Assembly: GCA_051117555.1 (NCBI GenBank)
Contig: JBNPEG010000120.1
Span: 1 to 64,000, forward strand
DNA length: 64,000 nucleotides
Direction: 5' to 3'
Origin: Elainellaceae cyanobacterium
Lineage (GTDB): Bacteria; Cyanobacteriota; Cyanobacteriia; CAZCXK01
Part shown: positions 1 through 9,367 of the stretch, piece after piece
How the letters are laid out: each line of letters starts with the position of its first letter
How positions within the stretch are numbered: the first letter of the stretch is position 1
Notes under the pieces: generated by a model
Database searches by the model: none
The model's input: only the letters and a program-made list of their open reading frames with translations
Told to the model about the DNA's origin: nothing
Program-made: the position numbers and the translations under genes

Positions 1-14
1 TGCCAAACCGCAAG

Positions 15-248
15 ATGAATCCCAAGTCCTTAGAGAATCTGACTCACGAAGGACGACCGCAAACCTATGAAGAACCGAAGAAGCGGCGTTACCTGAGCGT
101 GACGGAAACCGGGTGGAGTGGAGCACAGCAAGCTGTTCAGACTGCAGGTTGTAAGGGAGGAATCTCGGAGTTTCTAGAACGCTTGGGAAGAGGCGAGTTT
201 GTAATTGCAGAGCCCTCTGCATCTGACGCAGAACAGCAACACGATTAG
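15..248 (+). CDS. Small putative DNA-binding protein (ribbon-helix-helix-like); the frame is open to the window edge, so the true start may be just upstream
   Basis: 77-aa ORF with a basic patch/beta-strand (KKRRYLSVT) followed by two helical segments (..GISEFLERLGRG); lies inside the mobile region. Confidence 0.5.
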   Translation: MNPKSLENLTHEGRPQTYEEPKKRRYLSVTETGWSGAQQAVQTAGCKGGISEFLERLGRGEFVIAEPSASDAEQQHD

Positions 249-677
249 GGCTCTTCTCTTTAAGACATGAATTCGCTGCGATCGCCATCTTCAATCTCTT
301 CCAACTCACGTCATCGGCTGGGATAGCGATCGCACCAGGCAAAGCAAACAAGGAGCGGTTAGCTGGTTTCTCAAACTCTTGAGTCAAGAGACACAACAGA
401 TACTATGCTGACGTCGTCAAGTGATAATCAGCATAAATTACGCGCTCAAATTATAAATAATAAGAAATCATGACTTTAGTCAGCATTAAATCAGCATAAG
501 CCTGGAATTTGACATAACATATGGATATGGCAATCGGCATATACTGACCGAAAAAATCAATCTCAAACAGAGCGGATACTCCGGCTTTGCATTTTGGGTG
601 CAATCAGCGAACTACCCTCATCCCGCATGAGTACCAAGCAGGCTCTTCCTTTTATCGTTGATTGGGGAATTTCAGTC

Positions 678-932
678 ATGGTTCAATTTGTCACCAAGCA
701 GCAAGCCTCCCAGTGCTTGAACCTTAGCAGCTCCACTTTGAAGAAATACAGGTTACAGGGCGAATGGATTGAAGGAATCCATTGGGTGCGGATTAATAGT
801 CGCTGTGTCCGCTACAATATCGAACTGATTAAAGATTGGCTGCATAATCGCAGTAATCCTACAGCTCATATGCGGGCGATCGCAGCCTATCAGGAGAGTT
901 TGTTGAGCTATCAGAAGAAATCGAGGCGATAA
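678..932 (+). CDS. Excisionase-like winged-HTH protein (recombination directionality factor)
   Basis: MVQFVTKQQASQCLNLSSSTLKKYR..GIHWVRINSRCVRYN is a Xis/MerR-like HTH; ATG 678 preferred over TTG 594; near the integrase. Confidence 0.7.
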   Translation: MVQFVTKQQASQCLNLSSSTLKKYRLQGEWIEGIHWVRINSRCVRYNIELIKDWLHNRSNPTAHMRAIAAYQESLLSYQKKSRR

Positions 933-1284
933 TACTGAACGGTTACAGCCGCCTTAGATTACGCTAGCAGGGACAGTCGGACTTCAGTCGCCTCGGGGTG
1001 AAGCCTGTGATAGGGTTAAGGATTCTCTATGACGGTGCTGACGCTGGAGTAATGGGAGGCATTGCAGCAGAAACGGGAAGCCGTGATTTGCCTTCATGAG
1101 TCGACGCCGTTGCTGGTCGTAGAAGTGGTGAGTGAGTCTACGAAGAGCGAATTATCGGGCCAAGCGGGCGGAGTACAGCGTGCTGGATATTCCAGAATAC
1201 TGGATCGCTGCCGTTAGTGAAAAAGGTGACAGTGTATACGTTGCTGGAGGGATGGTATGAGTCAGCGAAATACATGATTAGGGA

Positions 1285-2596
1285 CTGACTGCCTGACAAA
1301 TCTTTCTTAATTGCTTATAGGACAAGGTTTACAAACAAGGGAGCGAATTCGAGTGAACCAAATCTGGTCATAATAGTTGCGCGTTGCTTTGAGGGAGGCA
1401 AAACAAGGCTGCGGATCTCTGGGCAGCAATGGAACGCAAGGCAGTAAAGTTCGCCCTTTATGCATGACTCCTTGCAGCCAGCGGAGTCCGATCTTGAGAT
1501 AGCTAATGCCACGTCGCCAATGGGGGTCTACCTGTTGACGCAAGCCTGACAGTTGCACCGCCATACCTTGGGTTGTGGCAAATAGAAGAGCAATTGCAGC
1601 GACCAGATAAAGCCGCTCCAGAGCAGCAGCAGAGCGAAGCCGAGAATCTTCCAGTTGGAACGCACCCGATTTGCTATCTAGGAATAATTCTTCCACTCGG
1701 AACCTCAAAGCATACTGCCAGAGCGTTTGCAGAGTCGCAGGCTCATCGGTAACCACTGCCCAAGATTCCTTGGCTCCTTGTACGGTTGCAAGCACTAGAT
1801 TGCAGCGATGCACCCCATCCAGCCACAAGCCTACATTCTCGTATAATCGGGCTTCGCCCAGCGGTGGATAGAGCGTTGCGACCCTCAGAGGATAGCGTCG
1901 TGTGGTGTGGACAAAGACATCACAGGGTAATCGCAAACAGTAGTGCCAGCTACTCTGGCGCAACCATTTCATCACCTCATGATTGGCAAATCCTCGGTCA
2001 ACTAACAGCATCACATCGGGGTGCTGCCGCAGTAGCTATCGGGCATGACGCAGCATCGGTTTATACTCCTCAAAGGCGACGGTTGCACTGCCATGTTCGA
2101 GCACCCGCCACAATACGGGAACGGCTCGACCACAACACACCACCAACAGGTGGATCATGCAGAAGCGATCCCACAGCACAGTCGTATCCAGCGCTAAATA
2201 CAATCGTTGTTGCTTCCACCCGCTTAGCGCTGCCAGTACTAACGGGATGTAAATGGCGACGACTGCAATTCGCTGATTCTCCATGAACCGCTGCCAGCGC
2301 CGCTCGACGCTTTGCGCTTTTGTGGCTCGGCTTGGCACACATGGCTCCCATACCGCCAAGTTTAGTTCCCCACTACACAGCAACGCACTCACCATCCATG
2401 CCAGCGCTTTCAAGTGGCGCAGATCGCAAACTCGGCTGTGTTGACGTAACTGGTCGAATAGCTGACCATACAAATGGGTAGAGGTTGTCATGCTTCTTGG
2501 CTGTTGTGTGGTAACTTTAGCCTCTCATGTCTCTCTACCCGTCTCTCCAAATTCCACGTATTTATTGGCTTTCACCTACTTCTGTCAGGCAGCCAG
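1285..2596 (-). mobile_element. IS4-family insertion sequence, 1312 bp
   Basis: 16-bp TIRs CTGACTGCCTGACAAA (1285-1300) and TCTGTCAGGCAGCCAG (2581-2596), 14/16 match; 9-bp TSD GATTAGGGA at 1276-1284 and 2597-2605. Confidence 0.93.
1307..2491 (-). pseudogene. IS4-family DDE transposase with one in-frame TAG
   Basis: ORFs 2491-2036 and 2014-1307 share a frame, separated by TAG at 2036-2038; motifs LALDTT, DRGF and Y..RFRVEELFLDSKS. Confidence 0.88.
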
Positions 2597-2746
2597 GATT
2601 AGGGATACTGTCGAGCCGCAGATTCTTTCATACTTAGAGCTAATCGTTGAGAGAGGTTTGCAGGGATAATCAGCCTCAATTTTCCGAGTAATTTTCGAAG
2701 GAACGAACAACCCCAACTAAATCCAGTAAAGAGGATCCTTCACTGC

Positions 2747-3931
2747 CTAGATATCTGTAGGGCGCAGATGATCTAATTTAATTTTGTCCAAGTATCGCTC
2801 TTCGATTACCTTACTCGAATTTCCGACCCAGCGCGCAATGGTTGTGGAGGAATGTCCTTGTAAAGCCTGCAGCGTGATGAAAGTATCCCGGCAATTATAA
2901 GGAGTCATCTTCACGCCGTCCTTTTCATTGAGACCTAAGCTGGTCAAAATTGTGCGCCAGGCTCGATCTGCAAAATTACTCTCGATGATGATCTTACCTT
3001 TAGGAGACGGAAATACTAGGTCTTCAGGAGTTGGGTTCCTGAGTTTGACAGACTGCAGCAAATTCTGCAGCTTTCTAGGACAGGAGAACCAGCGTTTGAC
3101 TGAGGTTTTATCTTCGTAGCGTCTCTCTAGTTTCCCTGAAATTTCAACAATGCTTTCGTGAAAGTGAATTCTGCCGCAGTCTGGGGTAATGCTTCCCCAC
3201 CGTAACCCAATCGCTTCAGAGGGTCTGCACCCCGTCCAGAACAAGAATTTTACGAAAGGGGCATAGTGGCGATAGCTGATACCTTTTCCTTTGTGTGTTT
3301 CAAATGCCTCAATGATGCGATCGCGCTCTTCCACCGTAAACGAGGCGGGTGGCGGAGGTTTCGTTGCTTCCAACTCAATATACATGCCGTCAAAGGGATT
3401 CGCATCGACAATCCCATATCGTTGCCCCATTTACAGGCCGCTGAGATCTGCATCAGCATCCGACGGGCTTGAGACTGGGTCGTTACCTGCAGCAGCTCCA
3501 TGCGAAACGTCAGAGCGTCCCTTAAACCATCTCGAACATTTGGCGATGTGAGCCGTTACAGGGTCATAGGTACCGTTAATCGTTTTTGGAGAGACATTGG
3601 GACTGCGATACTCCACGTATTTTTCCCACAGCCCTGCCAGCGTGGGGATAGCAGGAGCGATTTTGACAACCGGATCAACCGTCGTCAAAGCGGAGCGAAC
3701 AGTGTATTTTGCGTAGCTTGGGTCAAATTCTCCATACTCAATGTCGCGCTGAACCTGGAAGGCGGTTTCCTGAGCTAGTTTTTGGTTCAAAGGAGTGTCA
3801 GAGAGGCCCAGTGACACGAAGTGCCGCTTGCCGCCGTGGGTAAAGACTAGCTGCAGACGATTATTGGAGTTGCGAACCTGGACACTGCCAGTTTTGGCTT
3901 TTCTTCGGCTGCGAGTTCCTTTTGAGTACAT
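2747..3931 (-). pseudogene. Tyrosine integrase with N-terminal arm-binding domain; two compensating frameshifts
   Basis: N-terminal GSVQVRNSNNRLQLVFTHGGKRHFVSLG; catalytic TGCRPSE, YNCRDTF and GNS....ERY; the linker (DGLRDAL..ARRMLMQISAACKWG) is in another frame between ~3532 and ~3426. Confidence 0.85.
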
Positions 3932-3975
3932 GACTGGCTCCAGCGATAGATTAACCGGTTCGATCGTACTCCAGT

Positions 3976-4009
3976 TTTATCTCAATCTTTATCTCAATCT
4001 TTATCTCAA
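3976..4009 (+). repeat. Three tandem 12-bp units TTTATCTCAA(TC); putative integrase arm-type sites
   Basis: Copies at 3976, 3988 and 4000, between the integrase start and the tRNA 3' end. Confidence 0.65.
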
Positions 4010-4114
4010 AAGGGGCTAATCACGCCCAAAAATGCCAAATAGATCTGAGGCTTCCTGCCATAGCGATCGCTCCAAACCCCTTTAAAACAAGGCATTTTGC
4101 CTGTGCTTCTTAGA

Positions 4115-4186
4115 AGCCGATGGGGGGATTTGAACCCCCGACCGCTCGATTACGAATCGAGTGCTCTACCACTGAGCCACATCGGC
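4115..4186 (-). tRNA. trnT: tRNA-Thr(CGT)
   Basis: GCCGATG acceptor stem, CTCGA-TT-CGT-AA-TCGAG anticodon arm, GGTTCAAATCC T-arm; no encoded CCA. Confidence 0.97.
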
Positions 4187-4259
4187 GTAGATGACAGACA
4201 GTAGATCAATATAACATCCCTCGTCTGCAGATATCATGCTCTGAGCAAATTTGATCGCC

Positions 4260-5555
4260 CTAGACGAGCATGATTTGAACAGGCTGTCCTGCGGCAATCC
4301 TTGTTTCTCCAATTGGAACAATCGCTAGAGCATTGGTTTGAACTAAGTTAATGAGATTACCAGAGCTATGGCTTCCTCCTGGAAGTTGAAATTCGTATGC
4401 TCCCTCAACACTATTGACCCGTCCCCAGAGGTATGTTTCACGTTGCCCCCCCGATTGCAGGTCGTGGCGCGATCGCCCCGTTACAATCGTTGGACTCCAT
4501 GAATCAGACAGTCCCGATAGTTTCCGCAGCGCAGGCTGAGCAAATCGCCAAAAACTCACCAGAGCAGACACAGGATTGCCTGGAAGACCCAAATAGAGAA
4601 CGGAGGGAATTGGGGATGGCGAGTTGGGAATAGTGCCTCGATATTGAGAGCCTGAGCCCTCGTTCTGCCTCTCAAGAGTAGCGACGGTTAAAGGCTTACC
4701 AGGTTTCACGGCCACTGATCGCACATGGATATCACCTCCCAATTCGACCAAGATGCGATCGACATAATCATAATCTCCCACAGACACACCGCCCGAGGAG
4801 AGAATCATGTCAGCCTGGGAACGAGCCTGGGCGATCGCCTCTTTGAGCGCTTCTGGCTTATCCGGGATAATTCCTAAGTCGATGGGTTCCGCTCCAGTCG
4901 AGGTCACGAGTGACGCTAGCGCAATCTGATTAGAATCGACAATTTGCCCCGGTTTCAACGGTTGATCGGGGGTTACAAGCTCATCGCCAGTCGAAAGAAT
5001 GGCGACTCGGGGGCGACGAAATACCGGAACGTTGACGCACTGAGCAGCAGATAATACCGCGATATCAGGTGCTGATAGGCGAATACCAGCCGGTAATAAT
5101 GGATGTCCGGCCTGATAAAACGCCCCCCGGTGACGCACAAACGCCTGAAAGTCTGGTGCTGAGAAAACCATAACCCGGTTATTGTCTCGGCGGGTGTTCT
5201 CTTGCATGACAACGGTATCAGCCCCGGTTGGCATCACCGCTCCCGTCATAATTCGGGCTGCTTGACCCGGCTGAATCATTTGCTGAGGCTGATACCCTGC
5301 CGGAATCTCTTCTACAACAGTTAGGGCTGCTGGATGCTCTGGACTGCACGTCATCACATCTGCAAAGCGAACCGCATAGCCATCCATTGCCGAGTTATCC
5401 CAATGGGGAAAATCGAGTGGGCTGGTCACAACTGCTGCTAACACTCGTCCGTAGGCAGCAGATAGCCTAATTTTTTCTATATCCTGGTCGGCACTTAGCG
5501 GGATTATTCGGTCAAGAATTACTTTTTCTGCCTCGTTCGCAGGTAGCATGCTCAT
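4260..5555 (-). CDS. moeA: Molybdopterin molybdotransferase MoeA
   Basis: DNSAMDGYAV, IMTGA, STGDEL, SGGVSVGDYD, KPGKP and LPGNPVS motifs. Confidence 0.95.
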   Translation of the reverse strand: MSMLPANEAEKVILDRIIPLSADQDIEKIRLSAAYGRVLAAVVTSPLDFPHWDNSAMDGYAVRFADVMTCSPEHPAALTVVEEIPAGYQPQQMIQPGQAARIMTGAVMPTGADTVVMQENTRRDNNRVMVFSAPDFQAFVRHRGAFYQAGHPLLPAGIRLSAPDIAVLSAAQCVNVPVFRRPRVAILSTGDELVTPDQPLKPGQIVDSNQIALASLVTSTGAEPIDLGIIPDKPEALKEAIAQARSQADMILSSGGVSVGDYDYVDRILVELGGDIHVRSVAVKPGKPLTVATLERQNEGSGSQYRGTIPNSPSPIPSVLYLGLPGNPVSALVSFWRFAQPALRKLSGLSDSWSPTIVTGRSRHDLQSGGQRETYLWGRVNSVEGAYEFQLPGGSHSSGNLINLVQTNALAIVPIGETRIAAGQPVQIMLV

Positions 5556-5714
5556 TACTTGATTAGCTCAATATCAATTCATCATAGGGTCATCATAGGG
5601 TCATCATAAGGGAGCATCTGTTCATCGAGTTTGTTCATCCCGATCGCGCATCAGTGCCCAAGATGGATTCTTAAGCCATACGCCTCGTTAGGTCATTGAA
5701 CGTGTGGTGAGCCC

Positions 5715-5896
5715 CTGATTGACTGACAAAACTTTGGTTTGCGGCAGTTGAAACTGCTGCTATACAGTCGAAACCCGCCTACGCGGGTTGAGAACAGTCG
5801 ACAAAGGTCGACTTTGGTTGTGTAGGCGCGGTTACTCTTCGAGACGCCGCGGTGCGTCTACAACCGCCAGCCTCTGATCTTTTGTCAGTCAATCAG
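5715..5896. mobile_element. 182-bp MITE with IS4-like termini
   Basis: Perfect TIR CTGATTGACTGACAAA / TTTGTCAGTCAATCAG; flanking 9-bp duplication GGTGAGCCC / GGCGAGCCC; several internal hairpins. Confidence 0.85.
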
Positions 5897-5982
5897 GGCG
5901 AGCCCTCGCACCGCAGGGGCTCACCACACAAATCTGAAGCCCGTAGGGCTATAAAATGGAATCAGTAGCTGGCTAAATTCTC

Positions 5983-6525
5983 ATGCGTCCTGGTTCTGAA
6001 CTTGCCCGTCCTGATTATCTAAAGGTTCCTTTTTGGCGACGCGGAGTAGCATTTGGAATCGATTTCGTCGTTGCAGTGCTTGCGAGTTCGCTGTTGAGTG
6101 GCAGCATTGCAGCTCAGGCTGTAGTATTTGCGATCGCCTGGCTGGTATTGCGATGCATTGTTGCGGCTCAAAATCACGGACAGAGTTTAGGCCGTTGGGC
6201 ACTTGATATGCGAGTGGTCGACACCAAATTTTATCGAGGTACGCCGGGTTTAAAAGAGTTAGCTAAACGGGAAGCGATCGCCGGACTTGGCGCATTATGT
6301 GCCCTGATCGGACTCGCCAACTTTAGCCTCACTGCGGCCTGGTCACTGCTGCTATTTTTGCCTATCCTCGCCGATTGTGGGTTTGCCTACCTCGATCGCA
6401 ATCAACAACGCGCTGTTCACGACCAGGTTGCCAATACCAGGATTGTAGAAGCCCAGCGCGGATATTCGCTAGACTTAAAAACCAAACAACTTATTGCATA
6501 CATGCGGAAACGTATGAGAAGATAA
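5983..6525 (+). CDS. RDD family membrane protein
   Basis: WRRGVAFGID, GQSLGRWALDMRVVD and Q.RAVHDQVANT signatures. Confidence 0.85.
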   Translation: MRPGSELARPDYLKVPFWRRGVAFGIDFVVAVLASSLLSGSIAAQAVVFAIAWLVLRCIVAAQNHGQSLGRWALDMRVVDTKFYRGTPGLKELAKREAIAGLGALCALIGLANFSLTAAWSLLLFLPILADCGFAYLDRNQQRAVHDQVANTRIVEAQRGYSLDLKTKQLIAYMRKRMRR

Positions 6526-6576
6526 GAGTTTGTGTCTAAACCTCAAATCTGATTCAAATCACAGCAGCGTAGAACT

Positions 6577-6765
6577 ATGGCTAAGGGTATCCGCATTATT
6601 ATCACGCTAGAGTGTACTGAGTGTCGCACCAACCCCGACAAGCGAACTCCTGGCGTCTCTCGGTATACATCGACGAAGAATCGTCGTAACACCACCAGCC
6701 GCCTGGAGCTCAAGAAATTTTGCCCCCATTGCAATAAGCATACGGTGCATAAAGAAATTAAATAA
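6577..6765 (+). CDS. rpmG: 50S ribosomal protein L33
   Basis: [37 protein letters not shown]. Confidence 0.97.
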   Translation: MAKGIRIIITLECTECRTNPDKRTPGVSRYTSTKNRRNTTSRLELKKFCPHCNKHTVHKEIK

Positions 6766-6820
6766 AGAGGTGCGTCATAGGCAGGTGCCAAAGCCAACGG
6801 TTCGCAGTGCCATATATTAT

Positions 6821-6876
6821 TCTGGCTAAGTGAATCTGGCTAAGTGAATCTGGCCAAGTGAATCTGGCCAAGTGAA
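6821..6876 (+). repeat. Tandem 14-bp repeat TCTGGCYAAGTGAA x4
   Basis: Copies at 6821, 6835, 6849 and 6863. Confidence 0.9.
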
Positions 6877-7017
6877 TAGGAGGCGATTGGCTGCTTACGT
6901 CTCACCTCACGTATTCGTGGCAGATTATGTGCCTCCCGTGAATTGGAATCTGTGTAGATCTACACTTTCCCCTCAAAAAATTTGACTCCCAAATTGTTGA
7001 TTACAAATTATTGAAAT

Positions 7018-7233
7018 ATGGCTTACTATCGTCGTCGCGTTTCTCCTATTGATCCGAAGCAGCCAATTGACTATAAAGATGTTGAGCTGCTTCGACGATT
7101 TATTACCGAGCGAGGGAAAATTCTTCCCCGGCGGATTACGGGTCTGACCGCAAAGCAGCAGCGTGATTTGACTCAGTCAATTAAGCGTGCCAGGCTTCTT
7201 GCACTGCTTCCTTTCATCAATCGAGAAGGATAG
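7018..7233 (+). CDS. rpsR: 30S ribosomal protein S18
   Basis: [26 protein letters not shown]. Confidence 0.97.
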   Translation: MAYYRRRVSPIDPKQPIDYKDVELLRRFITERGKILPRRITGLTAKQQRDLTQSIKRARLLALLPFINREG

Positions 7234-7316
7234 ACGCAACCAAATCGGGATCATTATTTATCTCATCCCACGGAGGATTTAGGGATAAACTGCTGGAATT
7301 TTAGCGTGGCATCGCC

Positions 7317-9335
7317 ATGGATAAGGGAACGTTAGTTGAATTTCGGATACATGGCGATCGCCATTTGGCGGTCGTAGATCGTCCGGAGGGAAAAAAAAAT
7401 TGGGTAGTTACAGACGAGCGAGGGCAGTCGTATACGCTTCACCCTCGCCAAGTCTCGTATCAGGTTGAAGGGCAAACCTATAATCCCGGCGATATTTCTG
7501 GCTTTTTGAAACGTATGCAGCCCTATCTCGATCCATCCAGCCTTGAAGTTGCTTGGGAATTGCTGGTTGAAGAAGGCGAGGCGGTTGATTCGGCTGCGTT
7601 AGCGGGGCTGCTGTTCTCGGAGCAAACCCCAGAAGCGTGTTATGCTGCTCACTGTTTGCTATCTGAAGACAAGCTGTACTTTAAGCAAAAGGGCGATCGC
7701 TACGAACCTCGATCTCAAGCGCAAGTGGCTGAGCTCAAGCATCAGCTTGAAATGGAAGCCCAGCGACTCTTAGAAAGGCAGTCATTTTTAGATCGGGTTC
7801 ATCATGCCCTCGCCCATGAACCTGCAGAGTGGCAAGATAGTGACCGATCGCGCATACAGGCTTTAGAGCGATTCGCTACTCTAGGAGAAGACGCGACTCA
7901 TCGCTCCCCAGCACTTGAAATTCTGGTCGATTTAGACCGTGATCAAACGGCTCAGGCTGCTTTTCAGCTTCTTGTCGATCTGAAATTGTGGGGAATTCAT
8001 GAGAATCTATCGCTGCGGCGCAGCCAGATCCCAGTCGAATTTCCTCCCAAGGTACTTGAAATGGCTCACCATCTCCTCACGACGTATCCCCCAGACTCTA
8101 GCGCAGATCGACTGGACTTGACTCATCTCAAGGTGTACACCATTGACGATGAAAGTACTCGTGAAATTGATGACGGGTTAAGCGTCGAATTCCTCGACGA
8201 TGGGCAGCAACGATTGTGGATTCATATTGCCGATCCTACCCGGTGGCTATCGCCTGGAGATGACCTCGAACTCGAAGCCCGACGACGTTCGACTACCCTA
8301 TATCTCCCAACTGGCATCATTCCGATGTTTCCTCCCGAATTAGCAACGGGGCCCATGAGTTTGCTTCAGGGAAAAATTTGCACTGCGCTCAGTTTTGGGG
8401 TGATTCTAGACGAGGCAGGTGCGATTCAGGATTATTCGATCCACGCTACATTAATTAAGCCCACCTATCGCTTGACCTACGAAGATGTGGATGAAATCTT
8501 GCAGCTTGGCGTTCGGGCTGAGCCAGAATTAGAAGCGATCGCCGCATCTGCTAGTCTGCGGCAAAATTGGCGAGCGTCTCAGGGCGCAATCAGCATTCAT
8601 ATGCCCGAATCATCCATCAAAGTTGAAGACGACGAGATTGTTATCAACGTGCTCGACGATTCAGTTGCCCGTCAAACCGTCGCTGAAATGATGATTCTGA
8701 CAGGTGAAGTGGCCGGTCGCTATGGTCAAACCCATGAGTTGCCGTTGCCGTTTCGGGGGCAATCTCAACCTGAATTGCCCTCTGACGATGAGTTGATGTT
8801 GCTCCCGGCAGGCCCAGTCCGGTACTCGGCAATCCGTCGCTGTATGCCTCGCAGCGAAGTTAGCATTACGCCGTTACGCCACGCTAGCTTAGGGCTCGCA
8901 ACCTACACTCAGGTTACGTCTCCTATCCGTCGCTATACTGACCTATTAGCTCACTTTCAACTCAAGGCTCATTTGCAAGGTGATCCGCTTCCCTTTTCTG
9001 CCGAACACGTGCAAGAGCTCATACAGTCTGCTAGTTCATCGGCATACGAGGCGACCTTAGTTGAGCGGCAAACCAATCGTTACTGGGGATTGGAATATCT
9101 GAGACGAAATCCCGATGAAGCATGGCAGGGATTGCTTCTGCGTTGGTTGCGCGAACACGAGAATCTAGGATTAGTCTTGCTCGAAGATTTGGGGCTAGAA
9201 ATGCCCATACGACTCAATCGTCCAGCTGAGTTAGGAAGCAGAATGTGGCTCAAGGTCACCTATGCCGACCCTCGGCATGATGTCATCCAATTTGTTGAGC
9301 TCACAGAATCTCATCCTCAACCCGCTCTTTCCTAA
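7317..9335 (+). CDS. rnb: Ribonuclease II (RNB domain)
   Basis: TIDDESTREIDDGLS, HIADP and YTQVTSPIRRYTDLLAH; follows rpsR. Confidence 0.92.
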   Translation: MDKGTLVEFRIHGDRHLAVVDRPEGKKNWVVTDERGQSYTLHPRQVSYQVEGQTYNPGDISGFLKRMQPYLDPSSLEVAWELLVEEGEAVDSAALAGLLFSEQTPEACYAAHCLLSEDKLYFKQKGDRYEPRSQAQVAELKHQLEMEAQRLLERQSFLDRVHHALAHEPAEWQDSDRSRIQALERFATLGEDATHRSPALEILVDLDRDQTAQAAFQLLVDLKLWGIHENLSLRRSQIPVEFPPKVLEMAHHLLTTYPPDSSADRLDLTHLKVYTIDDESTREIDDGLSVEFLDDGQQRLWIHIADPTRWLSPGDDLELEARRRSTTLYLPTGIIPMFPPELATGPMSLLQGKICTALSFGVILDEAGAIQDYSIHATLIKPTYRLTYEDVDEILQLGVRAEPELEAIAASASLRQNWRASQGAISIHMPESSIKVEDDEIVINVLDDSVARQTVAEMMILTGEVAGRYGQTHELPLPFRGQSQPELPSDDELMLLPAGPVRYSAIRRCMPRSEVSITPLRHASLGLATYTQVTSPIRRYTDLLAHFQLKAHLQGDPLPFSAEHVQELIQSASSSAYEATLVERQTNRYWGLEYLRRNPDEAWQGLLLRWLREHENLGLVLLEDLGLEMPIRLNRPAELGSRMWLKVTYADPRHDVIQFVELTESHPQPALS

Positions 9336-9367
9336 AAATCGAAAATTCGTATATTTGTATAGCTCTA

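Larger units (their letters stand above)
1029..2669 (+). pseudogene. Uma2 (DUF820) family endonuclease pseudogene, interrupted by the IS
   Basis: Remnant motifs PLLVVEVVSES, YRAKRAEYSVLDIPEYWI and VTVYTLLEGWY, with an internal TAA and frameshifts; removing the IS and one TSD copy restores the frame to TAA at 2667-2669. Confidence 0.8.

Noticed and set aside
1307..2491. Programmed frameshift or two-ORF transposase
   Set aside because: Both parts are in the same frame, separated by one TAG; a nonsense mutation is simpler
2747..3931. Two separate genes (arm-binding protein and recombinase), as the ORF track suggests
   Set aside because: The missing middle of a single integrase is readable in another frame, so this is one broken gene
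6821..6876. CRISPR or iteron array
   Set aside because: Contiguous 14-mers with no spacers and no replication gene nearby
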